64,000 nt of DNA, taken from positions 5,344,001 through 5,408,000 of the forward strand of contig CM000153.2 in NCBI GenBank assembly GCA_000004695.1. The letters run 5' to 3'. The DNA comes from Dictyostelium discoideum (Eukaryota). Within the stretch, counting starts at the first letter, position 1, and the number at the start of each line of letters is the position of its first letter. Below are positions 40,363-52,806 of this stretch, in pieces. The position numbers were made by a program, and so were the translations under genes. The notes below the pieces were generated by a model. It worked only from the letters and a program-made list of their open reading frames with translations, did no database searches and was not told where the DNA came from.

Positions 40363-40612
40363 AAAAAATTATAATGGTGGACGTTAGATAGAGTCAGACA
40401 GTCATAACAAAGGTGCTACCCTTTGTATGACACTTATAAACATGTTTGGATGTTCTTAAAGTTTTTTGATCATCATTAAGTTGTAATTTTATGTATTGAA
40501 TGATTCCGTAGAAAACATTCTATAGATAAGAATTACCTACTAATTGTCGAATTGGATACATTCACACTTTTTTTCAAAATACTGATCCCCTATAGAGTTT
40601 ATATTTGTGGGA
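40363..40612 (-). ncRNA. Candidate small ncRNA gene (copy 1): DUSE-like promoter element tCCCACAAat at 40612-40605 (minus), box C-like AUGAUGA and box D-like CUGA motifs, T6 run at the 3' end
   Basis: There is no ORF. The element is duplicated almost identically at 41806-42049. The CCCACAA heptamer matches the Dictyostelium upstream sequence element found ~60 nt upstream of ncRNA genes. The minus-strand transcript would end in TTTTTT (plus-strand A-run at 40363-40368). Confidence 0.35.
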
Positions 40613-41805
40613 TATAATAAAAAAAGTTGCTAAAAAAAATGGGAAAAAAAAAAAATTTAAAAAAAATGATTTATTTGAAAATTTTCTATATTTAGAATCA
40701 TAGGTTTGATGTAATAATAAACCCCCATGGGTATGCAAACATTACAATAAATTAAATAAAGAAAAAAAAAAAATATAAAAAAAAAAAGTTACTTTATTTC
40801 TATTTAAAAACACAAAATTTTTAATTGTCACCCATGCCAAATCCAATAATTAAAAAAAAAAAAAAAATAATTAAAAAAAAAATAAATCTTTTTAATTTTT
40901 TATTTTAGTTGTAACAAAATAAATAAATAAATAAATAAATAAATATATAAATATATAAATGACAAAAAAAAAAACATACATTTTATAAATTTCTTAACAT
41001 ACATTAATACTTTTAATTTCAAAAAAAAAAAAATAAAAAAAAAATACCAAATCGGGCAATCACACCCAGATTTTCCACTTACCCAACATCAGTAAGTATT
41101 ACAATATATAAACTAATTGTACCATAGGTTTTATTACTGACCAAATTATAATTTCAGAGTTAATTTTTTAAATTGTCATCAAATAGATCATTTAGCATTT
41201 TTTTACAATGACAATTTTGGAATTGTTGAAGGTGATGTATTATCAAACAAAAGAACAAAATTTCATCAATGGATTACTTGTCACCAACCAATCCAACTCC
41301 TTCTTCCATATACAGAGGAACCACAACAACTACAACACCCACCACAACCACCACAACCATTCCAAAAACCAGCTATTAAAATAGGTGCTAAAAAGCCAGC
41401 TGCCAATTGAACATATACACTTCAAATACATACATATATATACAAACACCAAAATATAAAAATACCAATGATAATTACAAGTTTAAGTATTTGCAATTTA
41501 TTGGTTTTAAATAAAAATAAAGATATTCAATGTTTGTAAAAATTCAAACCCTTCGTGTTTCAAAAACTTTTTTTCTTTTGTTTGATGAATTGCATCATAT
41601 TATATTGTTTAAACATCCAATTAAAAATATTTTACTTAAAAATACAATGTTCACATTGTGTTGAATTTAATAATAAATACGAAATAATGATCGATAATGA
41701 AGTTGTATTAAATACAAATCAAATATCTATTGATAAAAAAAAATGAAAATAAGAAAATAAAAAAAATAAAGAAACAATATGTTTATTTTAATTTTTTTTT
41801 TTTTT

Positions 41806-42049
41806 AAAAATTATAATGGTGGACTTTAGATAGTCAGACAGTCATAACAAAGGTGCTACCCTTTGTATGACACTTATAAACATGTTTGGATGTTCTTAAA
41901 GTTTTTGGTCATCATTAAGTTGTAATTTTATGTATTGAATGATTCCGTAGAAAACATTCTATAGATAAGAATTACCTACTAATTGTCGAATTGTATAATT
42001 ATACACTTTTTTTCAAAATACTAATTCCCTATAGTTTATATTTGTGGGA
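41806..42049 (-). ncRNA. Candidate small ncRNA gene (copy 2) with a conserved CCCACAA element (42049-42042 minus), AUGAUGA and CUGA motifs
   Basis: About 95% identical to 40363-40612 in the same orientation, 1437 bp away. The promoter-like motif, the C/D-like boxes and the terminal T-run are all conserved, while the flanking sequences diverge. Confidence 0.35.
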
Positions 42050-42289
42050 CTTGTATAAAAATTAAAAAAAAAAATAAATAAAAAAAAAAAAAAAAAACGA
42101 AAAAAAAAAAACGAATGAAATCATCATGTAAATTACCGATTTCATGTAAGAAAAAAAAAAAAAAATTGATTATTAAATAATGTTTAGATTTCCACTTTTT
42201 TATTTTAAGTTATCGTATATATATTTGTTAATTAATTAATTAATTAATAATTGAAAATGTGTTAGAAATTTTAATTCTATTCAAAATTT

Positions 42290-42329
<40 letters not shown>

Positions 42330-42698
42330 TTTTTTTAAAATATCATGATCACATTTAAAATTTTTGTGGTTATCAAAATATCCAAAAAAATCATGTGTTT
42401 GTGTTTTGCTAAGAAAAAAAAAATTTAAAAAAAAAAATAAAAAAAATCCGGTGTTTTCGGTGGTAAAAAAAAAAAAAAAAACTTGGGGAATAAAATTAAT
42501 TAGAATTAATTTAAATTTAAATTAATTCGAATTTTTTTTTTTTTTTTAAAAGGGCTTTGAGAAGCCAATGTTAGTGTTATTTTTATAATTGTTTTTTTTT
42601 TCCCCCCCAATAGAGTTTTTTTAAAAGGGTAAGATTTTTTTTTTTCCCTTTTGTCTCCCATAGATTTTTTTTTTTTATTTTTTTTTTTTAATTTTTTC

Positions 42699-42739
<41 letters not shown>

Positions 42740-43344
42740 AATAAAACTCGTTAAAAATAAAGTTTTATTTTTAAAAATAAAAAAGAAATAGAAAAAGATA
42801 AAAAAAAAAAAAAAAATCGAAAAGTAAGATCACCAAAACAATCAAAACAACTACACCTTTTTTTTTTTTTTCTTTTTTTTTTTATTTTTTTTATTTTTTT
42901 GTTACAACAAATTTTTGTGAGAGTGTGCGTGTGTGTGTGTGTGTTTTTTTGTGGGTATAATAGTTTACTTTTTGATAATAAAACAATTGTTTTGTTTTTA
43001 ATCTAATTTTTTTTTTTTTTTTTTTTTTGTTAATTGATTGATCAATAATTATTGTGTTTTTTTATTATTTTATTTTATTTTATTTTTTTATAAAAATATT
43101 TTATTTTATTTTTAAAATAACTTTTACTTTCACAAATATCAATCATTTTCCAAAATTTTTCATACAAACCAAAAACAATAACAAATAATAGATATAAAAA
43201 ATAAATTAAAAATTTATAATGTATGTGTTTAATAAAAAATTTATTATATCATTTTTTCTTTTTTTTTTATAATTATAATTTCATTATTATCATCATATTA
43301 ATGTTAACAACGATTCAATGACAATAACAACCACACACCAACAC

Positions 43345-43354
43345 TATAATAATT

Positions 43355-43445
<91 letters not shown>
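43345..43445. repeat. (AAT)n microsatellite (~30 units) in intergenic DNA
   Basis: Perfect aat repeats; the ORFs listed on both strands here are artefacts. Confidence 0.9.
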
Positions 43446-44099
43446 TAATAATAATAAAAAAAAAAAGAAACCCGTTTTTAATTCAATGATATTGTTCAAG
43501 ATAATAATAGCAATAATAAACCCACACATAAATAATAAAAAAAAAAAATAAATAAATAAAAAAAAAAAAATGATCATTAATTATGTCTATATTATGGCTA
43601 TAAATGGATTTTTAACACCTTAGTGTGAAAACACATTATAAAAGAATTAAAATTATAATTTTAATTATTTTTTATTTATATTTTTAATTGTTAAAGAACT
43701 TACTAAAAATAAACGTATTTTTCCTCAAATAAAAATAAAAATAAAAATAATAATAATAATAAATAGCATTAAAAAAAAAAAAAACAAATAAAAATAAATA
43801 ACATAAAAAAAAAAAAAAAAATACATTTCTAAATCTTTAAATTTCCTATTTTTATAAAGATAACATAAAACTAATTTTTTTTTATTTTAACTTTAAAATT
43901 TTAAATTTTAAATAATTTTTTATACCAAATGAGTTATACAATAAAAAAAAAGTAAAAGAAAGGAAGAAAGATAGAATAAAAAAATAAAATAAAAAAATAA
44001 AATAAATAAAATAAAATAAAATAAAATAAAATAAAATTAAATTAAATAAAATAAAATAAAATAAAATAAAATAATTAATAATTAATAAAAAATAAAAAA

Positions 44100-47000
44100 A
44101 TGATAAATAATAAAATTTTAATAGCAATATTAATTTTAATATTATTAATTAAATTATCAAATTCATTATGTATACCAATATTAGGTGGTATATGTATTTT
44201 GGAAGGACCATTATTACTTGATGTTAGTCAATTATTTTCAAGTCTTGATTTAAAAAGTAATCCATTATCAATTCTTGGATCAATAATAACGATAACTGGT
44301 AAATTAACATGTGATTCAACTATATCATTATTAGGTGGTACATTAGTATTACAAGGTTTAATTGAAATTAAAGCTGGATGTGTATTTAAAATTGGCAATG
44401 AAACTGTAATTGAAACTTCATCATCACTATTGTCAATGCCATTGTTATCAGTTGAATTTTTAAATTCAAATGGTAATTCATCATTAACATTTAAAAGTTC
44501 AAATAGTAATTCAGCATTGGATTTACAATTCTTTTCATTAAATGGTACAGAAACACCAAAATTTATATTTAATTCAAATAATGTTTCAATTTCAACATCG
44601 TTTTTACATTTACCAATTTCAAGAATTGGTAAAGCTATAGTTAATATGGGTAATAAAATTGGTAGTAAATTAGAGATTAGTAATGATTTTAAATTTGATA
44701 GTTTATTAATACAAAATTCAATCTCACAATTATTATTACCCGATCAAATCGATATTAGTACATTAACATTAACAAATGTTAACAATGTATTAGGTTTATC
44801 AAATTTATCACCAACAATTACAAATTTATATACTCAATTAAATTTAATACTTGATTCAACAAATATATCATTTAATAAAAAAGTTTTTTTAAAGTCAATA
44901 AATTCAATTTCAAGTAATTTAAATTTTTTAAATTCAAATATTATAATTGGTGTTAATAATGGTAATATAATAAATTCAATGATTCAATTTAATGGTAATG
45001 AAAATAATCAAATTTTAGATTTATTTGGTAATTTAAATTTAGTTTCAACAATTTCACCAATTATAAATTCAATTCAACAATTAGTTACAAGTTCAACCAA
45101 TAATAATAATAATGGTATAATTAGATTAAATAATGGTTTAATTAATTCAAATTTAATAATTGGTAATGATTCAAGTTTAATTTATAAATTAAATTGTCAA
45201 TTAATCGGTGGTACAATTGGTGGTACAATTAATTCAATTGGTGGTTTATTTTTACCAAATCAATTAAATTTATTAGAAAAATTAAATTTAAATTTAAAAA
45301 GTTTATTAATTGATTCTGGTCAAATTTTATTAAATAATTCAATTTTAAATATTAAAGATTCAATTGGTTTCAATAACAATGTAATTGGTACAATGAATTT
45401 AACAAATAGTTTATTAGAATTAGGTGGTAACATTTTTAATAATACTTCAAATTCATTTAAAGATTTATTATTAATAAATGTTAAATTATCAGCAAATAAT
45501 TTAATTTTAAATATTGCAAATAATATTATTCTACCAAATCGTATTTCATTAGGTATTGGTTCAACTTTACACTTTGTAAATGGTATTGAAAATGATTTAA
45601 AATTTCAAACAACTTTAGATTTAAATTTATTAAATTCAATTTTAAATACAAATTTTGTTTTTGTAATTTCAACATCATCTTTAATATTTTGTAATGGTCA
45701 ATCACCACCAACTATGATACAATTACATGGTAGTTCAACTTCAACCTATCAATTTATGTGTGATAATAATATGATTGTAATGAGATTAACCAATTGTTTT
45801 GGTGGTTATATTTGTCCTTCAAATGATCAATGTGTATCAAATGAATCACAATGTTCATCAATTGATGATCAATCGGCAGTATTACCAGCTTGTAATGTAA
45901 ATGAAATTCGTTGTTTATCAGGTTGTCATTCAAATATTGATTATTGTAATAATACTCAATGTATAAGTGAGGGTGGTACAATTGAATGTTTATCACCAAC
46001 CACTGCCAAAAGTTTAAAATATAATGGTTGTCCATTTAATTATTTTCAATGTGGTGATGGTTCTTGTCATTTAAATAAATTGGATTGTTGTGTTGTTGGT
46101 ATAAATTGTACTCAATCTTTATTGGTTTCAACATTTGTTAAACCAGAATTATCGTACTCTCCAATTCATACTTTAAAAGATATGAAAGTTCCAATCATTT
46201 CAAAATCGAAATCAACTGGAATTTTAGATATTTATGGTTACGTTTCAATGCCAAGTGGTTTCTTAACTATAAATTCACTAAGTAAATTAAAAATAACCTA
46301 TAAAGATGATTCTTATTTAGATTCAGTAAATGGTGATGAAATTTGGGGTATTGATTCAAATATATCTCAATATAGACAGTCTGCAATTAGTATGATATTC
46401 GATATTTCAATCGATACAATTCCAAATCCAATTTTTAATCATAATATAACATTTGAATTAAAAGTTAATAATCTTCAACTTTTAAATTTATCAAATTATT
46501 GTCTTTACTATATTAATACTACTCAAAATAAATGGAATTGTGAAACTAGTTCAACTATTTCAATATCTCCAAGAAATACTTTGTTAGTTACAACTCCTCA
46601 TTTCACTGATTTTGGTGTTTTACTTAATAATTATAAACCTCAAACAACTCGTCCACCTGCTGGTGGTGGTACTTGGACAAATCCAACATTTACAACAACT
46701 GGTACTACAACTGGTACTACTACTGCAACTACAACTGCAACTACTACTGCAACTACAACTGCAACTACAACTGCAACAGGTAGTTCAAATCCTACTACAA
46801 CAACAACTACTAATCAACAAACAACAACAACAACAATTTCTCAAACCACCAATGGAGGTGATGGATCATCAATTGATACAACAACTGGGGGATCATCAAA
46901 TCCTACTACTACTGGTACTACAACTGCAACAACTTCAGGTACTACAACTGCTACAACTACTGCTACAACTACTGCAACAACAACTGCAACAACAACTGCA

Positions 47001-47276
47001 ACAACAACTGCAACAACAACTGCAACAACAACTGCAACAACAACTGCAACAACAGGTGTAACATTAACAGAAGAACCAATATCAGATGAAGAAGATAGTA
47101 ATAAAAATACAATTATAATGTCAACAACAATATCAGGTGGTGCATTAGTTATAGCTGGTGTATCATCTTATTTTATAAATAAAAGAATAAGACATGGTCG
47201 TGTAGTATATTGGTGGAAACTTAGAAAACCACCTCCCTCTCAACTTGAATTAAGTACAACTACAACAAAAGTTTAA
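44100..47276 (+). CDS. Type I membrane glycoprotein (1058 aa): signal peptide, long N/L/S/I-rich repetitive ectodomain, Cys-rich module, mucin-like Thr/Ala 9-mer repeat stalk, single TM and a short basic cytoplasmic tail
   Basis: The signal peptide is MINNKILIAILILILLIKLSNSLC. The cysteine cluster (CPSNDQCVSNESQCSS…CLSGCHSNIDYCNNTQCISEGGTIECL…CPFNYFQCGDGSCHLNKLDCC) is EGF/TNFR-like. Two arrays of (TTATTTATT)n are encoded by actacaactgcaact 9-mers. The TM segment is IIMSTTISGGALVIAGVSSYFI, followed by KRIRHGR. Confidence 0.7.
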   Translation: MINNKILIAILILILLIKLSNSLCIPILGGICILEGPLLLDVSQLFSSLDLKSNPLSILGSIITITGKLTCDSTISLLGGTLVLQGLIEIKAGCVFKIGNETVIETSSSLLSMPLLSVEFLNSNGNSSLTFKSSNSNSALDLQFFSLNGTETPKFIFNSNNVSISTSFLHLPISRIGKAIVNMGNKIGSKLEISNDFKFDSLLIQNSISQLLLPDQIDISTLTLTNVNNVLGLSNLSPTITNLYTQLNLILDSTNISFNKKVFLKSINSISSNLNFLNSNIIIGVNNGNIINSMIQFNGNENNQILDLFGNLNLVSTISPIINSIQQLVTSSTNNNNNGIIRLNNGLINSNLIIGNDSSLIYKLNCQLIGGTIGGTINSIGGLFLPNQLNLLEKLNLNLKSLLIDSGQILLNNSILNIKDSIGFNNNVIGTMNLTNSLLELGGNIFNNTSNSFKDLLLINVKLSANNLILNIANNIILPNRISLGIGSTLHFVNGIENDLKFQTTLDLNLLNSILNTNFVFVISTSSLIFCNGQSPPTMIQLHGSSTSTYQFMCDNNMIVMRLTNCFGGYICPSNDQCVSNESQCSSIDDQSAVLPACNVNEIRCLSGCHSNIDYCNNTQCISEGGTIECLSPTTAKSLKYNGCPFNYFQCGDGSCHLNKLDCCVVGINCTQSLLVSTFVKPELSYSPIHTLKDMKVPIISKSKSTGILDIYGYVSMPSGFLTINSLSKLKITYKDDSYLDSVNGDEIWGIDSNISQYRQSAISMIFDISIDTIPNPIFNHNITFELKVNNLQLLNLSNYCLYYINTTQNKWNCETSSTISISPRNTLLVTTPHFTDFGVLLNNYKPQTTRPPAGGGTWTNPTFTTTGTTTGTTTATTTATTTATTTATTTATGSSNPTTTTTTNQQTTTTTISQTTNGGDGSSIDTTTGGSSNPTTTGTTTATTSGTTTATTTATTTATTTATTTATTTATTTATTTATTTATTGVTLTEEPISDEEDSNKNTIIMSTTISGGALVIAGVSSYFINKRIRHGRVVYWWKLRKPPPSQLELSTTTTKV
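46690..47050 (+). repeat. Two arrays of 9-bp coding repeats (ACTGCAACA/ACTACTGCA; T-T-A units) forming an O-glycosylation-type stalk
   Basis: Tandem repeats are visible in the nucleotide sequence. The opposite-strand low-complexity ORF 46612-47061 is an artefact of this repeat. Confidence 0.85.
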
Positions 47277-47603
47277 AAAAAAATAATGATAATAATAATA
47301 ATACATATATATACCAAAAAATTAATATCTATTTATTATACAAAATTAAAACATTGTAAATAAACAAAATTATAAACTCGATAAAATTTTAATTATTTTT
47401 CCTATAATTTTAGGTCGGTAAATAAATATCCAATTTTTTTTTCATTTAATTTAATTTTTAGGTTTTTTTCAACCTACGTTTTTTTTTTTTTTTTTTTTTT
47501 GAAAAGTGACCAGAAAATTTTCACAAAAGCTCGAATACCAAACTAAAGTTTTTCCCACTCTTTGATTATATTAAAAAAAAAAAAAAAAAAAAATTATGTT
47601 AAT

Positions 47604-47637
<34 letters not shown>

Positions 47638-47670
47638 CATTTTAAATTATGATATATATATTTTTTAAAA

Positions 47671-49263
47671 ATGAATAATTATTATTATATTTTAATATTT
47701 TTATTATTTATAAATTTATTAATTGTTAAAGGTGATGATGTTCAATGTAATACATTTGTAAATTCACAATCAAATATGGATCCAAGTGAATGTGGTTCTT
47801 CATCAAATAATGCATGTTCAAATATTTCACAATCAATTTTAAATTGTGGTGAATTTAATGAAATTATAATTACAATTAGTCCAGGAAATTATTCAATTAA
47901 TAGTGAAACATTTGGACCAATTACAAATAAGAAAATTACAATTTTAAATTCTGATCAACCAATTATTCAACCATCAGTTATTATTAATTTATCAAAATCA
48001 GTTTCTCCATTTATTAGATATATTCCAACAACTATTGATGATACATTAACAGTATCATTAAATGGTATAACATTTGAAAATGGTATTCAAAGAGGATCAG
48101 TATTATTAAATAATGGATCTGGTATAATTAATTTATCAGTTGTAAATTGTGCATTCATTAATATGTTGGATTCAAGTTATGGTAGTACATTTTCATTCAC
48201 TAATAGTAGTAGTTTAACAACACCAACAACAATTGGTATTGTTTCAATTAGTAAATCAACTTTTTCAAATTCAAATTCAAATCAAATGGGTGGTTTTATT
48301 TATAGTATTAATTTACCAATTCAATTTACAATTGATCAAAGTAGTTTTTTAGGTCAAAATATTAGTGGTACTGGTATTAGTGTTGCAATTTTAAATGGAT
48401 ACTTGTCAGTTTCAAATACAATCGTTAAAGGACTCTATACAAAATATCCATTCTATTTACAAAGAAATAATGGTATTAAATCAGCAATGACAACTTTTAC
48501 ATTTAATAATGTTACATTTAAAGATTTAACCGAAGGTTTTGCTATAATGATAACTGGTGATAAAACAACATCAACTGAAATTAAGAATTGTACATTCACC
48601 AACACTGTTAATATTTCACCAATTTTCATTCAAGGTATTTCTCAAGCAAATATTCAGTCATGTACTTTCACTAATAATACAAATACACTTTCACTATTAA
48701 ATAGTGCAGGTGGTATTTCAATTGAATCAACCACTGCAACTATTAATGATTGTGTTTTCTTAAATAATAAAGCAAGACTAGGTGGTGCAATTTCAACAAG
48801 TTATTGTGATCTTCAAGGCGTTACAATTACAAATTCAACATTCCAAGGTAATAGTGCTCAGTATTTTGGTGGTTCAATTTATAATGTCAATTGTAATACT
48901 ACATTTAAAAATGTTGATTTCTCAAGTTTAGTTACAAATATTTCAACAGTTTATTGTTCAGCTTCAAATATGATATTCTCTTCTTCAAATTTCACAGATT
49001 CTGGTAAAGAAATAAATGATTTAAGTAATCTTGGTATTATTTGTAATTCAAATCCTTGTGCTATTACAATTGATTCAAAACCATCAATTCAATGTCAATA
49101 TAATGAAAATGATTCAAATGATAATAAAGGTGGTTTATCAACTGGTCAAAAAATTTTAATTGCTTTCGGTGTAGTTATTGGTTTAATAATTATAATTATA
49201 ATTATTGTTATTATTGTTAGAAAAGTTAAAAAAAATAGAGAATATAAACCATTTGGTTATTAA
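47671..49263 (+). CDS. Type I membrane protein (530 aa) with Chlamydia Pmp-type / right-handed beta-helix repeats, a C-terminal TM segment and a short cytoplasmic tail
   Basis: The signal peptide is MNNYYYILIFLLFINLLIVKG. Pmp hallmarks are MGGFIYSINL, AGGISIESTTATINDCVFLNNKARLGGAISTSY, NSTFQGNSAQYFGGSIYNVNC (GGAI + FxxN pairs). The TM segment is [22 protein letters not shown], followed by RKVKKNREYKPFGY. Confidence 0.7.
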   Translation: MNNYYYILIFLLFINLLIVKGDDVQCNTFVNSQSNMDPSECGSSSNNACSNISQSILNCGEFNEIIITISPGNYSINSETFGPITNKKITILNSDQPIIQPSVIINLSKSVSPFIRYIPTTIDDTLTVSLNGITFENGIQRGSVLLNNGSGIINLSVVNCAFINMLDSSYGSTFSFTNSSSLTTPTTIGIVSISKSTFSNSNSNQMGGFIYSINLPIQFTIDQSSFLGQNISGTGISVAILNGYLSVSNTIVKGLYTKYPFYLQRNNGIKSAMTTFTFNNVTFKDLTEGFAIMITGDKTTSTEIKNCTFTNTVNISPIFIQGISQANIQSCTFTNNTNTLSLLNSAGGISIESTTATINDCVFLNNKARLGGAISTSYCDLQGVTITNSTFQGNSAQYFGGSIYNVNCNTTFKNVDFSSLVTNISTVYCSASNMIFSSSNFTDSGKEINDLSNLGIICNSNPCAITIDSKPSIQCQYNENDSNDNKGGLSTGQKILIAFGVVIGLIIIIIIIVIIVRKVKKNREYKPFGY

Positions 49264-49797
49264 AAAAAAAAAAAACAAATAAAAATAAATTATTATAAAA
49301 TATAATATTTTTTTTTTATTTAACTAAAATTCTATTTAATATTTTATTTATTTTTAGTTATATTTAAAACAAAACAAAGTTATTTAATTTAAATATTAAA
49401 TTACTACTTTATTACTAACTTAATTAATTTTATTATAATAATATTTTTTAATTACAATTAAAAAAAAAAAAATAATAAATAAAATGAAATAAGATAAATA
49501 AAATTTAATTTAAACAATCCAAAAGGATTGATTGTTTAATAATCTTAAAATATTAATTTCATAAAGTTTTAGATTTTACAAACTAGGTACTGGTCTTTAA
49601 AAGACTTTAGATTTAAATAATTTAATTTTAAAAAAAAAAATAAAATTAAATAAAAATAATATATATAAAAAAAATTTTTTTTAAAAAATTATTATTATTA
49701 TTTAGATAAACCAAAAGAATTTATTGAAAAATGTAATATTACAAGATTACTATAAAAATATCTTGTTAATAATATTTTATTTTAATTTTTATTTTTT

Positions 49798-50727
49798 TTA
49801 TAAATTTAATTCATTACTAATTGAAAGTAATTCACAAGTTTTTTCCCATAAAAGTTTAGAATTTTCAAGATTTGAAGCAAATGGTGAAGGTGAAATTTCT
49901 TTTGAAATTGAAAAATATTTACCAGAATGATTTGAATTATTTTCAATTAAATTAACAATTCCATTGATTGTATCTTCAGTTTTTGAACCATAACCAAAAA
50001 AGAATATTGGTGCAATGATATGTCTAGTGAACCAACTTAAATCTCTATTTATTGGAGTTCTTAAATAACCAGGATGAAGTGAATTCACTCTAATATTATT
50101 ATTCTTTAAATTATCCAATCTATTATGTAATTCCATTGAAAATAAAAGATTACATAATTTTGATTTTGAATATTCTCTAAGAGTATCAAAATTTGAAGAA
50201 TCATTATCTGTTAATAATAATTTATCAAAATTTAATGGTTCACGTTGATGAAATTCCGAACTTAATATTACAATATTTCCAAAGTCTTCATTGTTTGAAC
50301 TTGCACCATTTGAATTTTCATAATTTGAAGAGTTTTTAAAATTTTTTAATAATAATAATGTCAATAGTGATGTACCTAAATGATTTACACCAATTGTTGA
50401 TTCAAAACCATCGACTGTTTTTATAAATCTTGGTTGCATTATACCAGCATTATTTACTAATATATCTAAATGTGGTAAATTTAATTGATTGAAATTTTTT
50501 ACAAAATTTCTTATCGATTCAAATGATGATAAATCCATTTCCATTAAAGTTATATCAACTTTTTCATTAATTTCTTTTAATTGTTTTTTTAATAATTCTC
50601 CTTTTTCTAAATTTCTAACTGGTAATATAAATTTATAATTTTCACATTTTTCTCTTACCAAATGATTAATTACTAATAATCCAATACCATCTGTACTACC
50701 TGTGAAAATTATAACTTTTTTTTCCAT
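49798..50727 (-). CDS. Short-chain dehydrogenase/reductase (retinol dehydrogenase / WWOX-like SDR), 309 aa
   Basis: TGSTDGIG (TGxxxGIG), NNAG, and the catalytic YSKSK (YxxxK) at the right spacing, with PGYLRTPI after the active site. Confidence 0.85.
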   Translation of the reverse strand: MEKKVIIFTGSTDGIGLLVINHLVREKCENYKFILPVRNLEKGELLKKQLKEINEKVDITLMEMDLSSFESIRNFVKNFNQLNLPHLDILVNNAGIMQPRFIKTVDGFESTIGVNHLGTSLLTLLLLKNFKNSSNYENSNGASSNNEDFGNIVILSSEFHQREPLNFDKLLLTDNDSSNFDTLREYSKSKLCNLLFSMELHNRLDNLKNNNIRVNSLHPGYLRTPINRDLSWFTRHIIAPIFFFGYGSKTEDTINGIVNLIENNSNHSGKYFSISKEISPSPFASNLENSKLLWEKTCELLSISNELNL

Positions 50728-51639
50728 TTTTATTTATTAATTTATTTTATATATTTTATTTATAAAATTTATTTATTTTTAAAAGAAGAAGGTAAAATAG
50801 TGATTTTAGAAAAAAAAAGATAGAAGAAAAAAAAAAAAAAAGGTGATTTAAAGTATTTTTTTTTTTTTTTTTTTTAAATAGAAAAAAAAAAAAAAAATAA
50901 AAATAAATATATAATAAATAAATTGAAAAAAATAATTTAAAATAAAATAAAAATGAAATACCAATATTAATTTATATATTTATCTTTAAATTAATTAATC
51001 TTTTAAAATACAATAGATCTTTACAATATACTATTTCTGTAATAAAAAAGGTTAAAGATTTTGAAAAAAAGGATAGTCTTTTTTTATTTTTTTTTATTTT
51101 TTTTTTATTTTTTTTTTATTTTTTTACTTACAAGAAATTTAACTAAAAACAAATTAGGTCATTTATAATTAAAATTTTTTATATTTAAATTAAAAAAAAA
51201 CATCCCCTATATGTCATAAAAATAAAATTAACAAGAAAAAAAATTATAAAAAAGGATCGTGTGTGGTTTGTATGTGTGGTTTGGGTGTTGGTAAAATTTT
51301 ATTTCTTTAATTTTAATTTTTTTAATTTATTTTAATATGATTTATTATGATTTATTATTATTTAATTTTTAATCAAAAAAAAAAATAAAAATAAAAATAA
51401 AAAAAAAAATAAAAAAAAAAAAAAGAAATTAAAATAGTTATAACTATTTTTCAAATAAAATAATCATTATTTTTTTATTTTTTATTTTTTATTATTTTTT
51501 TTTTTATTCTTTTTGTTTTGAAATATCCGTTGATTTATTTCTAATAAACTCAGAAAACAAAATTTTAATATTTTAATAATATAATTATATTTTTATTTTT
51601 ATTTTTTTTTTTCCAAAATAAATAGTAATCTATATATAA

Positions 51640-51674
<35 letters not shown>

Positions 51675-51824
51675 AAAAATGAAAAAAATAAAAAAATATA
51701 ATGAAAAATATCTGAACTAATTTTATTTTTAGTTAATCTTTTTTTTTTTAAATGAATTTATATAAATAAATTTATTTTTTTTTTTTTTTTTTTTTTTTTT
51801 CCAATTTTTTTTTTTTTTTTTTTT

Positions 51825-51861
<37 letters not shown>

Positions 51862-51992
51862 CTTAAATTGCACACGAGCAGTAACGTCAAAAAAGATATC
51901 TTTTTTTTTTTTTCTTTTAAATAAAAATAAACGAAAATAAAATAAATAATAAAATAAATAATAAAATAAATATATATATAAATAGATAAAGG

Positions 51993-52806
51993 ATGTCTGA
52001 ATTATATTCAACACCACAACCATTTTATTATGATAAAAAATCAGGATTCACACAAGATGAATTTAAACATGCAATAGATAAATCATCAACTATTTATGTT
52101 GGTTACTTATCATTTTATACAACAGAGGAACAATTATATGAATTATTTTCAAAATGTGGTGAGATTAAAAGAATTATTATGGGTTTAGATAGAAATCAAA
52201 AAACACCATGTGGTTTTTGTTTTGTAGAGTTAGTAAAAATATATATAAATATAAATATAAATATAATTAGTAATAATAATAATAATAATAATTAATTTAA
52301 TTTAATTTAATTAAATTTAATTTAAATTTTTTAATAGATATTATTCAAAAGAAGATGCAGCAGATTGTATAAAATATATTAATGGTAGTAAATTAGATGA
52401 GAGATTAATTCGTTGTGATTGGGATTATGGATTTAAAGAGGGTAGACAATATGGACGTGGTTTAAGTGGTGGTCAAGTTAGAGATGAATATAGAACTGAT
52501 TATGATCCAGGTCGTGGTGGTTATGGTAAACAAAGACAATTTGAGATGGATCAATTTAGTGATGTAAATGGTGGTGATATCACTTATCAACAACAAATCT
52601 TACAACTTCAACAATCACAACAACAACATCAACTATATCAACAAGCAAATGCTGGTGGTCCTCAAAATTATTCAGGTAAAAGAAATCGTGGTGCTGATGA
52701 TGATTCAGATTCTTTTAAAAGACAAAGAGATAATAATGGTTCAATTTCTGCTGGTAATACTCCAAATAAAGGTAGATTTAGAGAAAGAGATGAAGAAGAT
52801 GATTAA
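51993..52806 (+). CDS. ncbp2: Nuclear cap-binding protein subunit 2 (CBP20). Exons 51993-52228 and 52338-52806; 234 aa.
   Basis: [47 protein letters not shown]|[64 protein letters not shown] is nearly colinear with human NCBP2. A GTTAGT donor lies at 52229, the acceptor AG at 52336-52337, and the phase-2 junction recreates the conserved E codon. Confidence 0.9.

Noticed and set aside
40535-40545. U1-snRNA-like 'UUACCUAC' motif inside the duplicated element
   Set aside because: It is not at a plausible 5' end, and the distance to the Sm-like site is too short for U1 stem-loops. I kept only the general ncRNA hypothesis.
41221-41420. Short ORFs in the GC-richer island between the two ncRNA-like repeats (e.g. 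Cys-rich …CGGCGGCCSCCGS… on the minus strand)
   Set aside because: No start codon in frame, no usable splice sites, and the length is under 60 codons. It is more likely the internal region of a degenerate repeat element.
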